A stretch of DNA of 64,000 nt, taken from assembly GCF_009914755.1 (NCBI RefSeq), contig NC_060942.1; one strand, written 5' to 3'. How positions within the stretch are numbered: the first letter of the stretch is position 1; every line of letters starts with the position of its first letter. A model generated the notes under the pieces. The model was not told the DNA's origin, did no database searches, and saw nothing but the letters and a program-made list of their open reading frames with translations. The position numbers were made by a program, and so were the translations under genes. Of this stretch, positions 29,383 through 42,919 are shown piece after piece. The DNA is from the human T2T-CHM13v2.0 reference genome, Homo sapiens.

Positions 29383-31269
29383 ATAGAATATGTGGAGAGG
29401 ATCGCTCAGGGCTCTGTATTTATTATGGGGCCCCTGCTTTATACCTGAAAAATAAAACTGGGATCCCTAAACTTTGCAACGATTATGGGGGCCTCATTAT
29501 CTGGGACTATTACCTGTAGCAGCTATAACATTCATTATTTAAAAACTTTTGAGTTTTTAAAAAACCATTTATTGTAGATAACTGGAAAACACAAAAGAAC
29601 ATATAATGATGCACAATTTTATTGCTAAAGAAAAATCACTGTCATTTACTATATCCCCTTTATAAAATACAAATTAAATAATCATTTTGTAGTCTGTTTT
29701 TTCCATCCTCTAATATAAAGTGAGTATTTCCCCTTGTCAGTAGCATTTTTCTACAACGTAACTAAAAATGGATGTTAAGAATCTTTGTAAAAACCAAAAG
29801 GGGATTCATCAGTTTTTATTTGTATATTTTAAGTATGCTGAGTAATCTAGTCATAAAAATGAATGTATGCTAATTAAAAAAAGGCCATTTCAAAAAGGAG
29901 AGAAGAAAAGTCACCCTAAAATCTCACCCCACCTCAGAGATAATCTTTTGATAATCTTGTTAACATTTTAGTGTCTATCTTTCCAGACATTTTCCTGTGG
30001 ATCGAAAAACATGGCCATGTAGACTTAAACACATATTACTACCCAGGCCAAACATCTCTTTATATACTTACTGCACATTTTAATTTTTTTCACTTCTAAA
30101 GTGTTTATGTAATTTACATTTTTTTCTGGTTGGGTTTCAATATTTTCATATAGACTTATATGATCATTTTAGCATATTAGGGCTATTAAACATTTTGTTT
30201 TAAAATTTTAGCAGTATCTCCCTCAGAATTTAATTTCTTTTAGCCATTTTGTTTCCTCTTCAGAACTTTAAATTTCAATGGTGTGTAATATGCCAATGTT
30301 ATCTATTTAGTTTCTGCCTTTGGTTCAACATAATACAAGGTCTTGACCACCCCTAAAATATATAAAGAAAAAAATCTATGGCTAAGTATGAATTCCCTTC
30401 TTTATATTTTAATTTTTAATCCATCTGGAATTCATCTAGCTTAAAGAATTATGCAGTAAAGGAAACAAATTTACTTATTTTCTCCCAGAAGGCCAGCTAA
30501 TTGTTCCAACATCTTTTCCTCTTTAATTAGAAATGCCAGCTTTAGCATACATATGTAATGTTCCCATTATTGTTATTCTCTTAAATATTCTACAAGTGTA
30601 GTTTTGCTTTTTTCCCTTTACCAGTGAAATTTGGATGGCTTAATCTCTCAGGAGTGGGTCTCATTCCTCGTTTCTTTCTATAACATTAATCTATTTGTAT
30701 CTTTTTTTTTTCTGTTGTGGTCAGTGAATATGGTCTGAATAACACTTATTAGTTGGAATTTATTGAGGTTTTCTCTGTAGTATAATATGGTTCAATTTTT
30801 GTAAATGTCACAAGAAGATATTAATACAATGTCTATATAGTATATACCTCTGTCTTCTCTCTCTCATCTGTAATTTCTATTACTGCTAAGTGTGGGTTGG
30901 AACCTTTTTAAAAGAGGGATTTGAAGTTTGGAACTTGGTTTGTTGGGGAGGAGACCCCTTTGACTTTTAGATTAAGTAATTGCTTGATTAACTGCACGGG
31001 GATATGGGGTCAAATTTTCAGAAAATAATCACAGCGTCTTTGCTCTTTTTATAATTATTCTTTCCCTTTCAAGCATCCTGAGTCATTTTATTTTAGGTGT
31101 TTTTCTTTTATACAGAATTCAGTTGAGTTTCAGTTTTTGATTCAGTATGAGGGGTTTTGTTTTGTTTTTGCAATGATGCTTTATTCTTTATGTATGATTG
31201 TTATGTTGGTTATGTTTGTTTTTATTTAATTTGCAATGGTGATAGATTGCATTATTGTTCTCAATTATT

Positions 31270-31650
31270 TATCCACTTCCCCACTTAGCTGTATTTTATA
31301 GGAGGCAGAGTGTACTTTCCTTTCCTGCCCTATTGACTTTGGGCTTTGCCATGGGGTTGTTTTGACCAATGCAGTGTAGATGGAAGGAACAGTGGCCAGT
31401 TTTGATCAGAGGTTTAAGAAACACCATGAGTTTGTCTTGTCCCTGGAGCTTCTGTCCCCTGGCACAAGAACCCCCTCACGGTGGCTGCCCCTTCAGCTTG
31501 GGACATGGAATGAGAAGACACAAGGAGCCCATCAGAGCTCAGCTGAGCCCAGCAGAAGTACAGCTCACCTGGAGACCTGCAAGCAAGAGTAAATATTTGT
31601 TGGGGGAAGTTGTTGAGATTTGGGGTTGCTTGCTGCTGCAGTTACCATGT
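31270..31650 (+). mobile_element. Old MLT1-family LTR
   Basis: 'tttcctttcctgccctattgactttgggctt..tttgaccaatg..cccagcagaa..tgagatttggggttg'. Confidence 0.6.
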
Positions 31651-31902
31651 TTCCCTTGCTTTACCCTACTCATTCTTTAAAACTACTTTCTTTCTTCCTT
31701 CTCCTCATCCATGCATCATTGAAAACCATTAGCAGGCCAGAATGAAGTAGGCAAGCCAAGCAGGGATCAAGGCCTGTGGACAAGGAGGGGATGGGGCTGT
31801 GCTAAGCGATTTGCTATGTCCTGGAGGACTGAGAAATGCACTGAGGATAATGGGAGTCAGGTCTCTTACTGTTGGGAATATGGAAATGGAGACAGCTAGA
31901 AT

Positions 31903-32018
31903 CGGGTTGCCAAATTTAGCAAATAAAAATACAGGACACTACTTGGGACAGATTTATACTTTTAGTTATCTGAAATTCTAATTTAACTGGGCATCCTGTA
32001 TTTTATCTGGTAATCTTG
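31903..32018. mobile_element. Internally deleted MER53
   Basis: gggttgccaaatttagcaaataaaaatacagga ... tttaactgggcatcctgtattttatctgg. Confidence 0.85.
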
Positions 32019-32079
32019 GATAAAATAAACCATGTAGTGTTGGATTGAAATTGGAGGTACCAGCATGAATTTACAGATT

Positions 32080-32080
<1 letters not shown>

Positions 32081-32117
<37 letters not shown>

Positions 32118-32128
32118 GACACACACAC
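32081..32128. repeat. (CA)n microsatellite
   Basis: Interrupted (ac)n run. Confidence 0.95.
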
Positions 32129-32156
32129 GTAAATAAAGACATGTGACGTATACATA

Positions 32157-32800
32157 TGTAGGGGCCAAGAAACTTTCTCCTTGGCCCTCTGAAGTTTTGC
32201 TGAAAAATCAACTTGCACAAGGTAGACTAATTGGAGAAAAGGCATACAAATCTATTTAACATGTATACATGGGAGCCTCCACAATGAAAACCGCTAGATA
32301 CAGGGGAAATTTTCCATTTTTATGCTTAGGTGAAAGTATGGACAGCTTTGTGGAAATATAATTGGAAAAAAAAGAGTATGATCTAATGCTAATGGACTGA
32401 GTGGGGGAACCCAGCAAGATCTATCTGTCTAGATTATTCCTGGCCTTTCTGAGCTGCTTTTTTTTTTTTTTTTTTATGGGTATGGGGCAGGGCCCTCTGA
32501 AATGGAAGTATTGTGACCTACAGTCAAACAAGGTAGGTCAGTTAATTTTTTATGGTCAGTTTTTATACAGAAAGGCAAAGGGAAAGTTAGATTAATATTT
32601 TTAGGTTTTATGGTTGGTTTTTGGGAAGGGGTTCTGGTTTCTGTGACCTGCCTTGGAGAAGAGGGATTCTAGTTTCTATGGATAGCCTTGTGGGAGAATG
32701 GTTCTGAGAGACAGGAAGGTAGGAGGTCAGTAAAAAGCTTTTGCTTCTGAGGCTGCTTCTGAGGCCTTCGTTTCAGGATATTGTTTTCTGAGCCCCTACA
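32157..32800 (-). mobile_element. ERV1 (MER4-group) LTR
   Basis: tgtagggg...cccctaca inverted termini; 'ggagaaaaggcatacaaatctattt' is typical of MER4-group LTRs. Exact family not determined. Confidence 0.75.
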
Positions 32801-33957
32801 TTCCCCAGTCTGAAACTTCCCCAGGAAGTTTCACAGTCCAGATATCGGGTTGGTGGATTGTTTTATAATCCATTGAACAAGGTTCTCAGTCCTGAGGATA
32901 AGGTAGTCCAATTACACAGTTGATAGTTGTGTCTCACTGCAGGCAGCAGTGGTGCAGGTGGGCTTCCACCACCGTCAGGCCTCTCTATGATTTGAGCAGT
33001 CAGTTATTTAATAAGAAGCATTCCTATGAGAACAAAAGAAAAACAAAGGCTAATGGTTAGAACAAACTATAAACTTAGTTTCTGAGTCCAGAGGGAAGCC
33101 AGTTGAGAAGATTTTTAGATATTGGGCTTGAAGCATCTTCTGATGAAGTGAGAGCAGACAGTGGCAATCTGACAGATTTTTTTTCGGTTTGCAGTTTGCA
33201 TCAGGTGTTCCAGTGAACTTTCTGAGTAGTCTGTACACCAGCAGGCACAAAGGCTATTCATACATGAAGTTGCTGTAATGATTTTTCAAAGCTTTTTTTT
33301 TTTTTTATCAAGTTGTCTAGTTTTAGCTTATAAGGCTTTAGGAAAAAGCAGTTTTAGTTTTAGTGATTTTAAGTAAAAAAATTGTAAACATTAGTTTGGA
33401 GCCAGTAAAAAGTTCAGTATTTGGTCCAAATTGTATGCAAATAATAAAAACTCAAAAACAATGGACAAGGCTAGAATCTAGAATCTAATAACAGACCTAA
33501 TAACAGATATATTAAAGTTTTCTTCTGAAACATAATTTTCCTCCAGTCCTCTGTTTCTACCAATGACAAATCTTAGTATAATTTATTTGAAAAGTAAGTC
33601 CTAGTCTTATTTTACTTGGCCTGATTGTTTGCATAAAGTGTGGCAAAAATAGTGATTGGCCACATACGGTCTTTTTAAATTGGGTTTTCTGGAACTTTTT
33701 ATAAGGAATTTCAGATAAGACTTTCGAAAGCCTTCTGAGGCTAACAAAGCCAAAGATTTGTCTTTAAACTGTTCCTGTAATACTTGTATGAATTGGGTGA
33801 ATTCCTCTTTGAGGTCCCAGAATTACTTGAGGTTTCTGATCCTATCATTCTTTACTTACCGCAGGCCAGAAACCTTGTAAAGAAACCATGTAGACAGGTT
33901 CCAGCCCATTTTTTCCAAGGGGTTTTTTATCAGTTCTATAAAGTCAACTTCAATTTA

Positions 33958-34610
33958 TTTTTTAAAATTTTCTTGTTTTAAATTTTACTCTAAGGTCTGA
34001 GATACATATGCAGAACATGCAGGTTTGTTACATAGCTATATGTGTGCCATGGTGGTTTGCTACACCTATCAACCCATCATCTAGGTTTTAAGCCCAACAT
34101 GCATTAGCTATTTGTCTTGATGCTCTCCCTTCCCTTGACCCTCACCCCCTGACAGGCCCCAGTGTGTGTTGTTCTACTCCCTGTGTCCATGTGTTCTCAT
34201 TGTTCAGCTCTCACTTATGAGTGAGAACATGTGGTGTTTGATTTTCTGTTCCTGTGTTAGTTTGCTGAGGATGGCTTCCAGCTTCATCCATGTTCCTGCA
34301 AAGGATATGTTCTCATTCCTTTTTATGGCTGCATAGTATTCCATGGTGTATATATACCACATTTTCTTTATCCAGTCTATCATTGATGGAAATTTGGGTT
34401 GAATCCATGTCTTTGCTGTTGTAAATAGTGCTGCAATAAACATATGTGTGCATGTGTCTTTGTAGTAGAATGATTTATATTCCTTTGGGTATATACCCAG
34501 TAATGAGGTTGTTGGTGAGGCTATGGAGAAATAGGAATGATTTTACATTGTTGGTGGGAATGTAAATTAGTTCAACCATTGTGGAAGACAGTGTGGTGAT
34601 TCCTCAAGGA
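33958..34610 (-). mobile_element. 5'-truncated L1PA (about PA8) with 5' inversion
   Basis: Antisense 3' end 33958-34510, then sense-oriented L1 34510-34610. TSD-like caattt(a/c)tt on both sides. Confidence 0.88.
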
Positions 34611-36084
34611 CCAATTTCTTAAAGCAGTCTGTTTACATCTGAAAATATGCCATTCCAGTCAAAACCCTGGTAAAATAATCAGTGTCTTTAATTGTGTCCT
34701 GTTACAAAAGAAAAGAGGTTCTTACTGAACTTATGCAAATAACTATATTGTCATAAATTAAGAATACTCACAAATTGTTTCTAAATTCTGGAGAAATCAG
34801 GTGGAGAGAAAGGCAATTGTTTAAATTTTATTCACAAAAGTATACTTTACTCAACTTGTTGTAAGCTATAAATAGCTCAAAGAAGAAGAAAAACATTTTC
34901 TTGATTCTAGAAAACAAAGCCTAAGAAGAATCAGCAATGTTTCAAACAAAAAGTCATGAAAAATTATGTTAGTCTTCTATCAGTTAGTCCTATGTAATTA
35001 ACTTTTTTTTTTTTTTTTTTTTGCTTAATGTTGGGTGAGCAATTCCCATAAATGTATCAGTTTTTTCATTAGAGTTCTGAAAGTTTTTTTTTTGTCCAAT
35101 GGTACAATCTCCAAAGTTATCAGAAACCAGAAACCTGTATTCAGGAGTATTTGTAAGAGTTTTTGTATGAATTTATTTAAAGAAGAAGCAAATTTTGGAC
35201 TGCTGCTGATTATAAACCACTTTCTGAGAATAATCAAGGTAAAACAATAATTGTCTGTGGATGACAAAAGTGTTTGAATAGCCATGGCTAAAGACACAAT
35301 TAACAAGGAAATTTGGTTATTTTGTGGCATAAAACAATTTAACATAATAATCATAATTATTACTGATAACATGTAATAAGACATATTAGAATTTTAGGAA
35401 TCACATACAAATTTGGAAGATATGTTAATATCACCTTTATACAAATATAACCTAAAGTAAATTAAACTCCATTTTATATTTGACAGTGTTTTCCGTATGA
35501 CTTCAACATACCAAATAAACCTAATATGTCTCTCTTGAACTTCCATGGGCCCTAATATCCAAAAACTTAGTTTGAGGTTCAAGAGACTGAATTTAGAATT
35601 TGAAATTTTGATTTTGGAAAGTTTGTCAAATATCAAAGGTTTAAAACACTTGCTCGGAATAGAATCACATGTCACTGTAAAATGGTAGTTGTTCATTTAG
35701 TTAAAGTAATAATTTCAAGATTTCAAAAACCAAAAACCTTTACTTTTTGATAAAGGAAGAGTCTCCTAAACAATCATAAGACCTGAGAAAGACATCATGA
35801 AGCAAACTGTATCTGTCTCTCCCTCTCTCCCCACTTTTTTTGTTTGCAGTTTACTTAAAAGGTAAACAAAAATCTTTTACTACCTCGTTAATATTACACA
35901 AACATCTTGTTTAAAAGGGAAAACCAAATATTACCTTTGCATTAGTGTATTATTAATGCTAAAGCTAATTATAACAAGACCTTATAAACAAATCCAGTCA
36001 ATCTTATTCTGTTTTAACATACAAAATAAGATTTCCATAAACCTTTTATAACCTCTTACAGTTTTTTTTAATTCTTTTTCTTTT

Positions 36085-36381
<297 letters not shown>

Positions 36382-36503
36382 CATTCTTTTTCTTAACTTT
36401 TTGTATAACTTTAGTTTTATTTGTCATTTTTCCCTTCAATTTACAACTTATAAAATCCTCTAAATTAGACAAAATTACTTTCTTTTTAACAAAAAATCAC
36501 ATT

Positions 36504-37514
36504 TATTGGGGGAAACTGCCCCCAATATTTCAATGTAGGTTCTTTCTATTTTCCATAAGTGTTGGCTGGCTGAGAAATAAAGAGAAAGAGTACAAAGAGA
36601 GAAATTTTACAGCTGGGCTGCCAGGGGTGACATCACATATCAGTAGGACCATGATGCCCACCTGAGCCTCAAATCAGCAAGTTTTTTATTAAGGGTTTCA
36701 AAAGGGGAGGGGGTGTAAGAACAGGGAGTAGATCACATGCTTCAAAGGGCAAAAAGGAGAACTACTGATAAGGGTCCAACAAAGATCACAAGGCAAAGGG
36801 CAAAAGCAGAACTACTGATAAGGGTCTATGTTCAGCGGTGCATGTATTGTCTTGATAAACATCTTAAACAACAGAAAACAGGGTTCAAGAGCAGAGAACC
36901 AGTTTGACCACAAATTTACCAGGGCGGGGTTTTTCCCATCCTAATAAGCCTGAGGGTACTGCAGGAGACCAGGGCATATCTCAGTCCTAATCTCAACTGC
37001 ATAAGACAGACGTTCCCAGAGCAGCCGTTTATAGATCTCCCCCCAGGAATGCATTCCTTTCCCAGGGTATTAATATTAATATTCCTTGCTAGGAAAAGAA
37101 TTTAGTGGTATCTTCCCTACTTGCATGTCCGTTTATAGGCTGTCTGCAAGAAGAAAAATATGGCTCTTTTTGCCTGACCCTGCAGGCAGTCAGACCTTAT
37201 GGTTGTCTTCCCTTGTTCCCTAAAAATCGCAGTTGTTCTGTTCTTTTTCAAGGTGCACTGATTTCATATTGTTCAAACCACATGTTTTACAATCAATTTG
37301 TACAGTCAACACAATTATCCCAGTGGTCCTGAGGTGATGTACATCCTCAGCTTATGAAGATAACAGGATTAAGAGATTAAAGTAAGACAGGCATAAGAAA
37401 TTATAAAAGTATTATTTGGGGACTGATAAATGTCCATGAAATCTTCACAATTTATGTTGCTCTGCTGCGGCTCCAGCCGGTCCCTTGGTTTGGGGTCCCT
37501 GACTTCCCGCGACA
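36504..37514 (-). mobile_element. MER11 (HERV-K11/HML-8) solo LTR
   Basis: The minus strand begins tgtcgcgggaagtcagggacccc. Perfect 6-bp TSD cacatt (36498-36503 / 37515-37520). About 1 kb long. Confidence 0.93.
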
Positions 37515-38291
37515 CACATTTTTTATGCCTTCTTGTAACTTTTTAAAAACCAAAAACATATTCTACTTTTTCTATACACTTTGTATACAGAATTATTTCT
37601 CCTGTATCCAGTAGTTTTAATTATATACAATGTTTGTATATAATTTTTTAATGTTTACTCTTGGTAACCCTTATTTTCAGTAAAAATAAAGGAGGTAGGC
37701 AATTTTAATTATGTGTCAGATGCAGAGCTCAGGACAATTCCTGGAGGATCTAATATCTTCCAGTATGGACAAAAGGCACAGCCAGTCCAAGGAGGATGAG
37801 GCCCAGGTGTTGTTCTCAGGCCCCACCATGGTCACTTGTCTAGACCCCAGAATTAGATGCTTCACGATAAAGACAAGCTCATAGTAATATATGTGTAGGG
37901 GTTTGGAGGAGACCAGTAGTCAGCTGTTACAGCTTTAACTCACAAAGTAAGCAAGTATCAAAGGTACTACAGGAACAACAGTTTTTTGACCTTAAAACAT
38001 CTAGCAGAAACAGCCTAACCCTGTCTAACAAGTAGACTCATGCAGAATGTCTAAGAGTTGTAACAGTCTCATTTGCTGTGAGATGATGATAATGATGGTG
38101 GTGATAATTTTTGCCAATGTAGAGTGAGCCCTCTAAGGTCTAGGTAGAAACCTTCCTTCTGTCAACCTAAAGAAATAAACAGGCAAAATTAACATAGAGA
38201 GTTTATTTGGGCCAAGGTTAAGGACTACAGCCTGGGACATACCTCCAAGTTGCCTTGGAGAATGCTCCTTTCAGCTTTTGTTATAAGCAAG

Positions 38292-38572
38292 TTTTTTTTG
38301 AGACAAGGTCTTGCTCTGTTGCCCAGGCTGGAGTGCAGAGGGATATCAGTTCACTGGAACCTCTGCCTTCCAGGTTTAAGTGATCCTCCTGCCTTAGCCT
38401 CCTGAGTAGCTGGGATTACAGGCATGTGCCACCATGCGGGGCTAATTTTTGTATTTTAGTAGAGACGGGGTTTCACCATGTTGGCCAGGTTGGTCTCAAA
38501 TTCCTGACCTCAGTGATCCACCCACCTTGGCCTCCCAAAGTGCTGGGATTACAGGCATGAGGCACCCAGCCA
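38292..38572 (-). mobile_element. Alu (S subfamily) with TSD
   Basis: TSD gttataagcaagttttt on both sides. Confidence 0.95.
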
Positions 38573-38675
38573 GTTATAAGCAAGTTTTTAAAGGCAAAAG
38601 AGAACAAGGAGTGGGCTGATGCAGTTTTTTGACAGAAATTCTCACTGGTTTTCAGAAATAACAATGGTTAGTGCT

Positions 38676-39079
38676 AAATTATAGCATAGAATTTAAGGCA
38701 GTCTTAGAAGCAGAATTAAATCTATAGAATTATGATAATGGCGTAGAGCATAGTTTTGCAGAAATCACCCAGAACAGTTAGGAAAAGTTTGAGGCTGCAG
38801 TGGGCTATGATCGTGCTACTGCACTCCAGCCTGTATGACAGAATGAGACCCCATCTCCCCAACCCCCCTCAAAAAAAGGAATGGAAAATAGTAATTAATT
38901 AAGAACTGTTTAGATACCCGGAGTGTACAAATGAAGGGAGGGTGGTATGAGAAGCTGCAGCAGGAAACTGGTCTTTTCAATAACTAAATCTTTTTTTTTG
39001 CTCAGCAGTAATGTTTTTGTTTTTTTTTAATAGTGTCTAAGCAAGAAAGAAAAACAATTTGAGTATTTATTTTTAACTT
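38676..39079. repeat. Three-segment templated insertion copied from 39226-40091
   Basis: 38676-38787 is the reverse complement of 39226-39337. 38785-38916 is the reverse complement of 39487-39617. 38920-39079 is a direct copy of 39934-40091. Confidence 0.95.
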
Positions 39080-39482
39080 ATACATTGTTTAACTATAGGA
39101 TATGAGTTACGGTGCCCAGTTTATGGCATTTTATGGCTACCTGGTGTCAGTTAGTCCAGAGCCCACATAGCAAGAGGCTTCAAGAGGTACTTATTTATTT
39201 CAAGAGGTAATTAATTACTTTAATTCTTTTCCTCATTGTTCTGGGTGATTTCTGCAAACCTATGCTCTATGCCATCATCATAATTCTATGGATTTAATTC
39301 TGCTTCTAAGACTGCCTTAAATTCTATGCTATAATTTCTGTCAAATATTTTTCACTTAACTCTTCTAATTCCCTTTTCATCCCAGTATATTTAATTCTAC
39401 CATCTTTCATTTTATTTCTTTGATTACCTTTGGAATGCAAAGTAGCTGTCAACTAAAAGCTTCTTTGGTTTTCTAGACTTAA

Positions 39483-39761
<279 letters not shown>

Positions 39762-40076
39762 TGAGTAGGGACATTTCTGTCCTGGATGGCTATTTGTTCT
39801 GAATACTAGTTTCTGTAGCATTTTGCTCTACTCTTTATCATTTTAGCAATTGTTTGGATCCTCCATGTCCATCTTGATCTGAAGGCCTGGATGATCAGTG
39901 TTAATGTTCTGGCTTAGCTGCTGGGATCCCTGAGGAGGGTACAAATGAAGGGAGGGTGGTATGAGAAGCTGCAGCAGGAAACTAGTCTTTTCAATAACTA
40001 AATGTTTTTATTCCTCAGCAGTAAATTTTTTGTTTTTTGTAGTAGTGTCTAAGCAAGAAAGAAAAACAATTTGAGT

Positions 40077-40890
40077 ATTTCTTTTTAACTTTCATTTTAA
40101 GTTCAGGGATCTATATATAGGTTTGTTATATAGGTAAACTTGTGTCATGGGGATTTGTTGTACAGATTATTTCAGCAGCCAGGTATTAAGCTTGGTATTC
40201 ATTAGTTATTTTTCCTGATCCTCTCCCTCCTCCCATCCTCCACCCTCTGATAAGCCCCAGTGTGTGTTGTTCCCCTCTATGTGTCCATATGTTCTCATCA
40301 TTTAGCTCCTACTTATAAGTGAGAACATATGGTATTTGGTTTTCTGTTCCCATGTTAGTTTGCTAAGGATAATGGCCTCCAGCCCCATCCATGTTGCTGC
40401 AAAGGACATGACCTTGTTATTTTTATGGCTGCATAGTATTCTATGGTGTATATGTACCACATTTTCTTTGTGATTTTTTAGGTTGATTCTATGTCTTTGC
40501 TATTGTGAATAGTGCTGCAATGAACACATGTGTGCCTGTGTCTTTATGATAGAACTATTTATATTCTTTTTGGTATATGGATCAAATGATAGTTCTGTTT
40601 TTAGGTTTTTGAGGAATCACCACACTGTTTTCCACAATGGTTGAACAAACTTACACTCCCACCAACAGTGTAAGTGTTCCTTTTTCTCCGCAACCTTACC
40701 AGCATCTGTTGTTTCTTGACTTTTTAATAATCACTATTCTGACTGGCATGAGATGGTATCTCATTGTGGTTTTGACTTGCATTTCTCTAATGATCAGAGA
40801 TGCTGAGCTTTTTCTCATATGCATATTGGATGCATGTTTGTGATCTTTTGAGAAGTGTCTGTTCATGTCCTTTGCCCACATTTTAATGGC
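40077..40890 (-). mobile_element. L1PA-old/L1PB 3' fragment
   Basis: Antisense L1 3' UTR plus ORF2 C-terminal remnant ([18 protein letters not shown] in the ORF track). Confidence 0.9.
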
Positions 40891-42507
40891 ATTATTATTA
40901 TTATTATTTATCAATTTGAGTATGTTCAACAGAGAGAATTTAATGCTATTAATTGGTTATATGAGTGGGAAATGAGCTGAGAAGGCCAACAGGGGACAGT
41001 GTGGAAACCCGGAGAGGAGCAGCAATGGGAAATCCCCACACCTTAGGCTGGAGGGGCAGGGAGGAGACAGTGTTATTGGTGCCAGTGGCTGGCATCAGCT
41101 GGATGCTTGAAGCACTTTTTATGTGGCAGCTGGAGCCATGGAGAAAATAGTCTCTATTGAGATGCTACCTGAGGCACAGAAGAGGGGGCAAAATACGTGA
41201 ATTTCTTCCTTCTCCTAGAAGAAATCCTGGGTTTCTTCCTAGAAGGAAGAAATCTCCCAGAAGTACCTCCCATTGACCAAATCCTGACAGATACAGGGGC
41301 TGGAAAAATGTAGCCTGGAGTTGTCAGCCCTTTATATTAAGACCAGACCAGAGGAAGAGTGAGGAATGAATCTGAGGTCAAGACTGGCAAAGGTTTTTCC
41401 TCCCATAGAGATTCTGCAGGTATGTAGAGTCTTTTGCAAGGTTATTTCCCAAACCATATTACCCACCCTGCCCCTCCCCCAACATGCACATACACACTCA
41501 TTTAGTGTAAGATCTACTTTTTTATATTCCATCTTAAATGCTATGAACTTTTATCCATTTATTTTGTAATAGTCATCTTTTTGGATTTTCAGAGTCCCAA
41601 GCGCTTTCAGTATTTTAGTTGATTCCTTTTGATCACAAGTAGGACTGATTTTCCTTTCTTTGTGATTTCTATAGCCAGTCCTGTGAGCCTTCCTGCTCCT
41701 GGGAACTCTTTAAGTGACCACAGTCTCAGAATAATTCTATGTTTGGTGTCCCAGCTGTCTCTGAATTCTAGAACAACCTGTTCACTGCCCTTGGGGTCAA
41801 GGTGGCATGTGCCCACCAATCTAATAGTCATTTGGGTTAAATACTTGCAGTGTCATCTCTTTTATGGGGATAACTCTTTTGCCTTGCTTCTAACCCAGAA
41901 GTTCTGCTCCCAGTAAGACAGCCTATTCTTCTCCTCAGAATACTCAATTCTGTAGCAGTTATGTGGTTTACACCAGTAATCTCCTCTGCTCATACCCATT
42001 CCTAGTACTTCATCTTATATAATTTCTACAATGGTTCTGCAAATATATGTCACATAGGCAACCAGTATTTCTTACATCCTACTCAGGGCTGACATCATTA
42101 ATTGATTAGGTTGATTTATTTAGTTCATTATTTAATTAATTGATTGATTTAGTTGATTAAATAATTATGATTAATTGATTATGCTCATTTTCTGATGAAA
42201 AAGACCTTAGAACACTTTTTAAAATTATGCTGGAAGTCACTCCCAGTAGCATGTGAAAAGAACATGTATTTGACATACTGGACTTGGTAGAAAGGCCTAA
42301 ACTTCAGTTCAAGTTTTTAGCAGACAATGGTTTGTTACGAGGCAATGAAAATGAGGAGTCCCTTCAAGTTCACTAAGACATTGACTGATTTTGCTTTGCA
42401 ATTTTTTCCCTTCAGAAGAAATCTTACCAGGTAATGGTGATGCTGATAACAAGAAACAAAGAGAAAGAAACAAATAAAGAGAGAGTGAGATTGAGTTCCA
42501 TTGTATG

Positions 42508-42850
42508 CTGTTTTAGGTTGGGTTCCTTGGAAACAGACTCTGAGATGGAGAGTTGCATGCAGATTGTTTACTGGGGGATACTCCGGAGAGGCATCTATAC
42601 AGAAGTGAGGAAGACAGCATTGGGTAGAGGGGGAGGCTGATCTGCGAAGCATTTCCAACTGAGGGCCGAGCTGATTATCCACAGATCTCTGCAGGGGAAT
42701 TTCTGGGGTGGGGATGGAGGGTCTTGAGAACTGTCCCAAATTGAAGCAAAGGTTAAGCCTTTATGCCCATACATCAGCAACATTGGTTTGGGGTGTCCTC
42801 TTGTCGAGGGGAGAGCAGCCTTGGACAAGGCAGTGCCAGTTTCCAGTGGG
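42508..42850. mobile_element. LTR16-like ERVL LTR
   Basis: 'taggttgggttccttggaaacagactctgagatggagagttgcatgcag..tttactggggg'. Confidence 0.7.
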
Positions 42851-42919
42851 ATATTGTGTCACCAACTTTGCAGGGTGTTCTTATTTTTTTATTTTTATTT
42901 TTTTCCTGTCACAGATGCT

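Larger units (their letters stand above)
38160..39210 (-). mobile_element. Partial ERV1 LTR interrupted by an Alu and a templated insertion
   Basis: Starts 'tgtcaacctaaag..gagagtttatttgggccaaggtt' and resumes after 39079 with 'atacattgtt..tggcattttatggctac'. Confidence 0.6.

Noticed and set aside
42098-42185. AT-rich (TGATT/TAAT) cluster
   Set aside because: This is low-complexity sequence with no defined period, and I cannot support a function.
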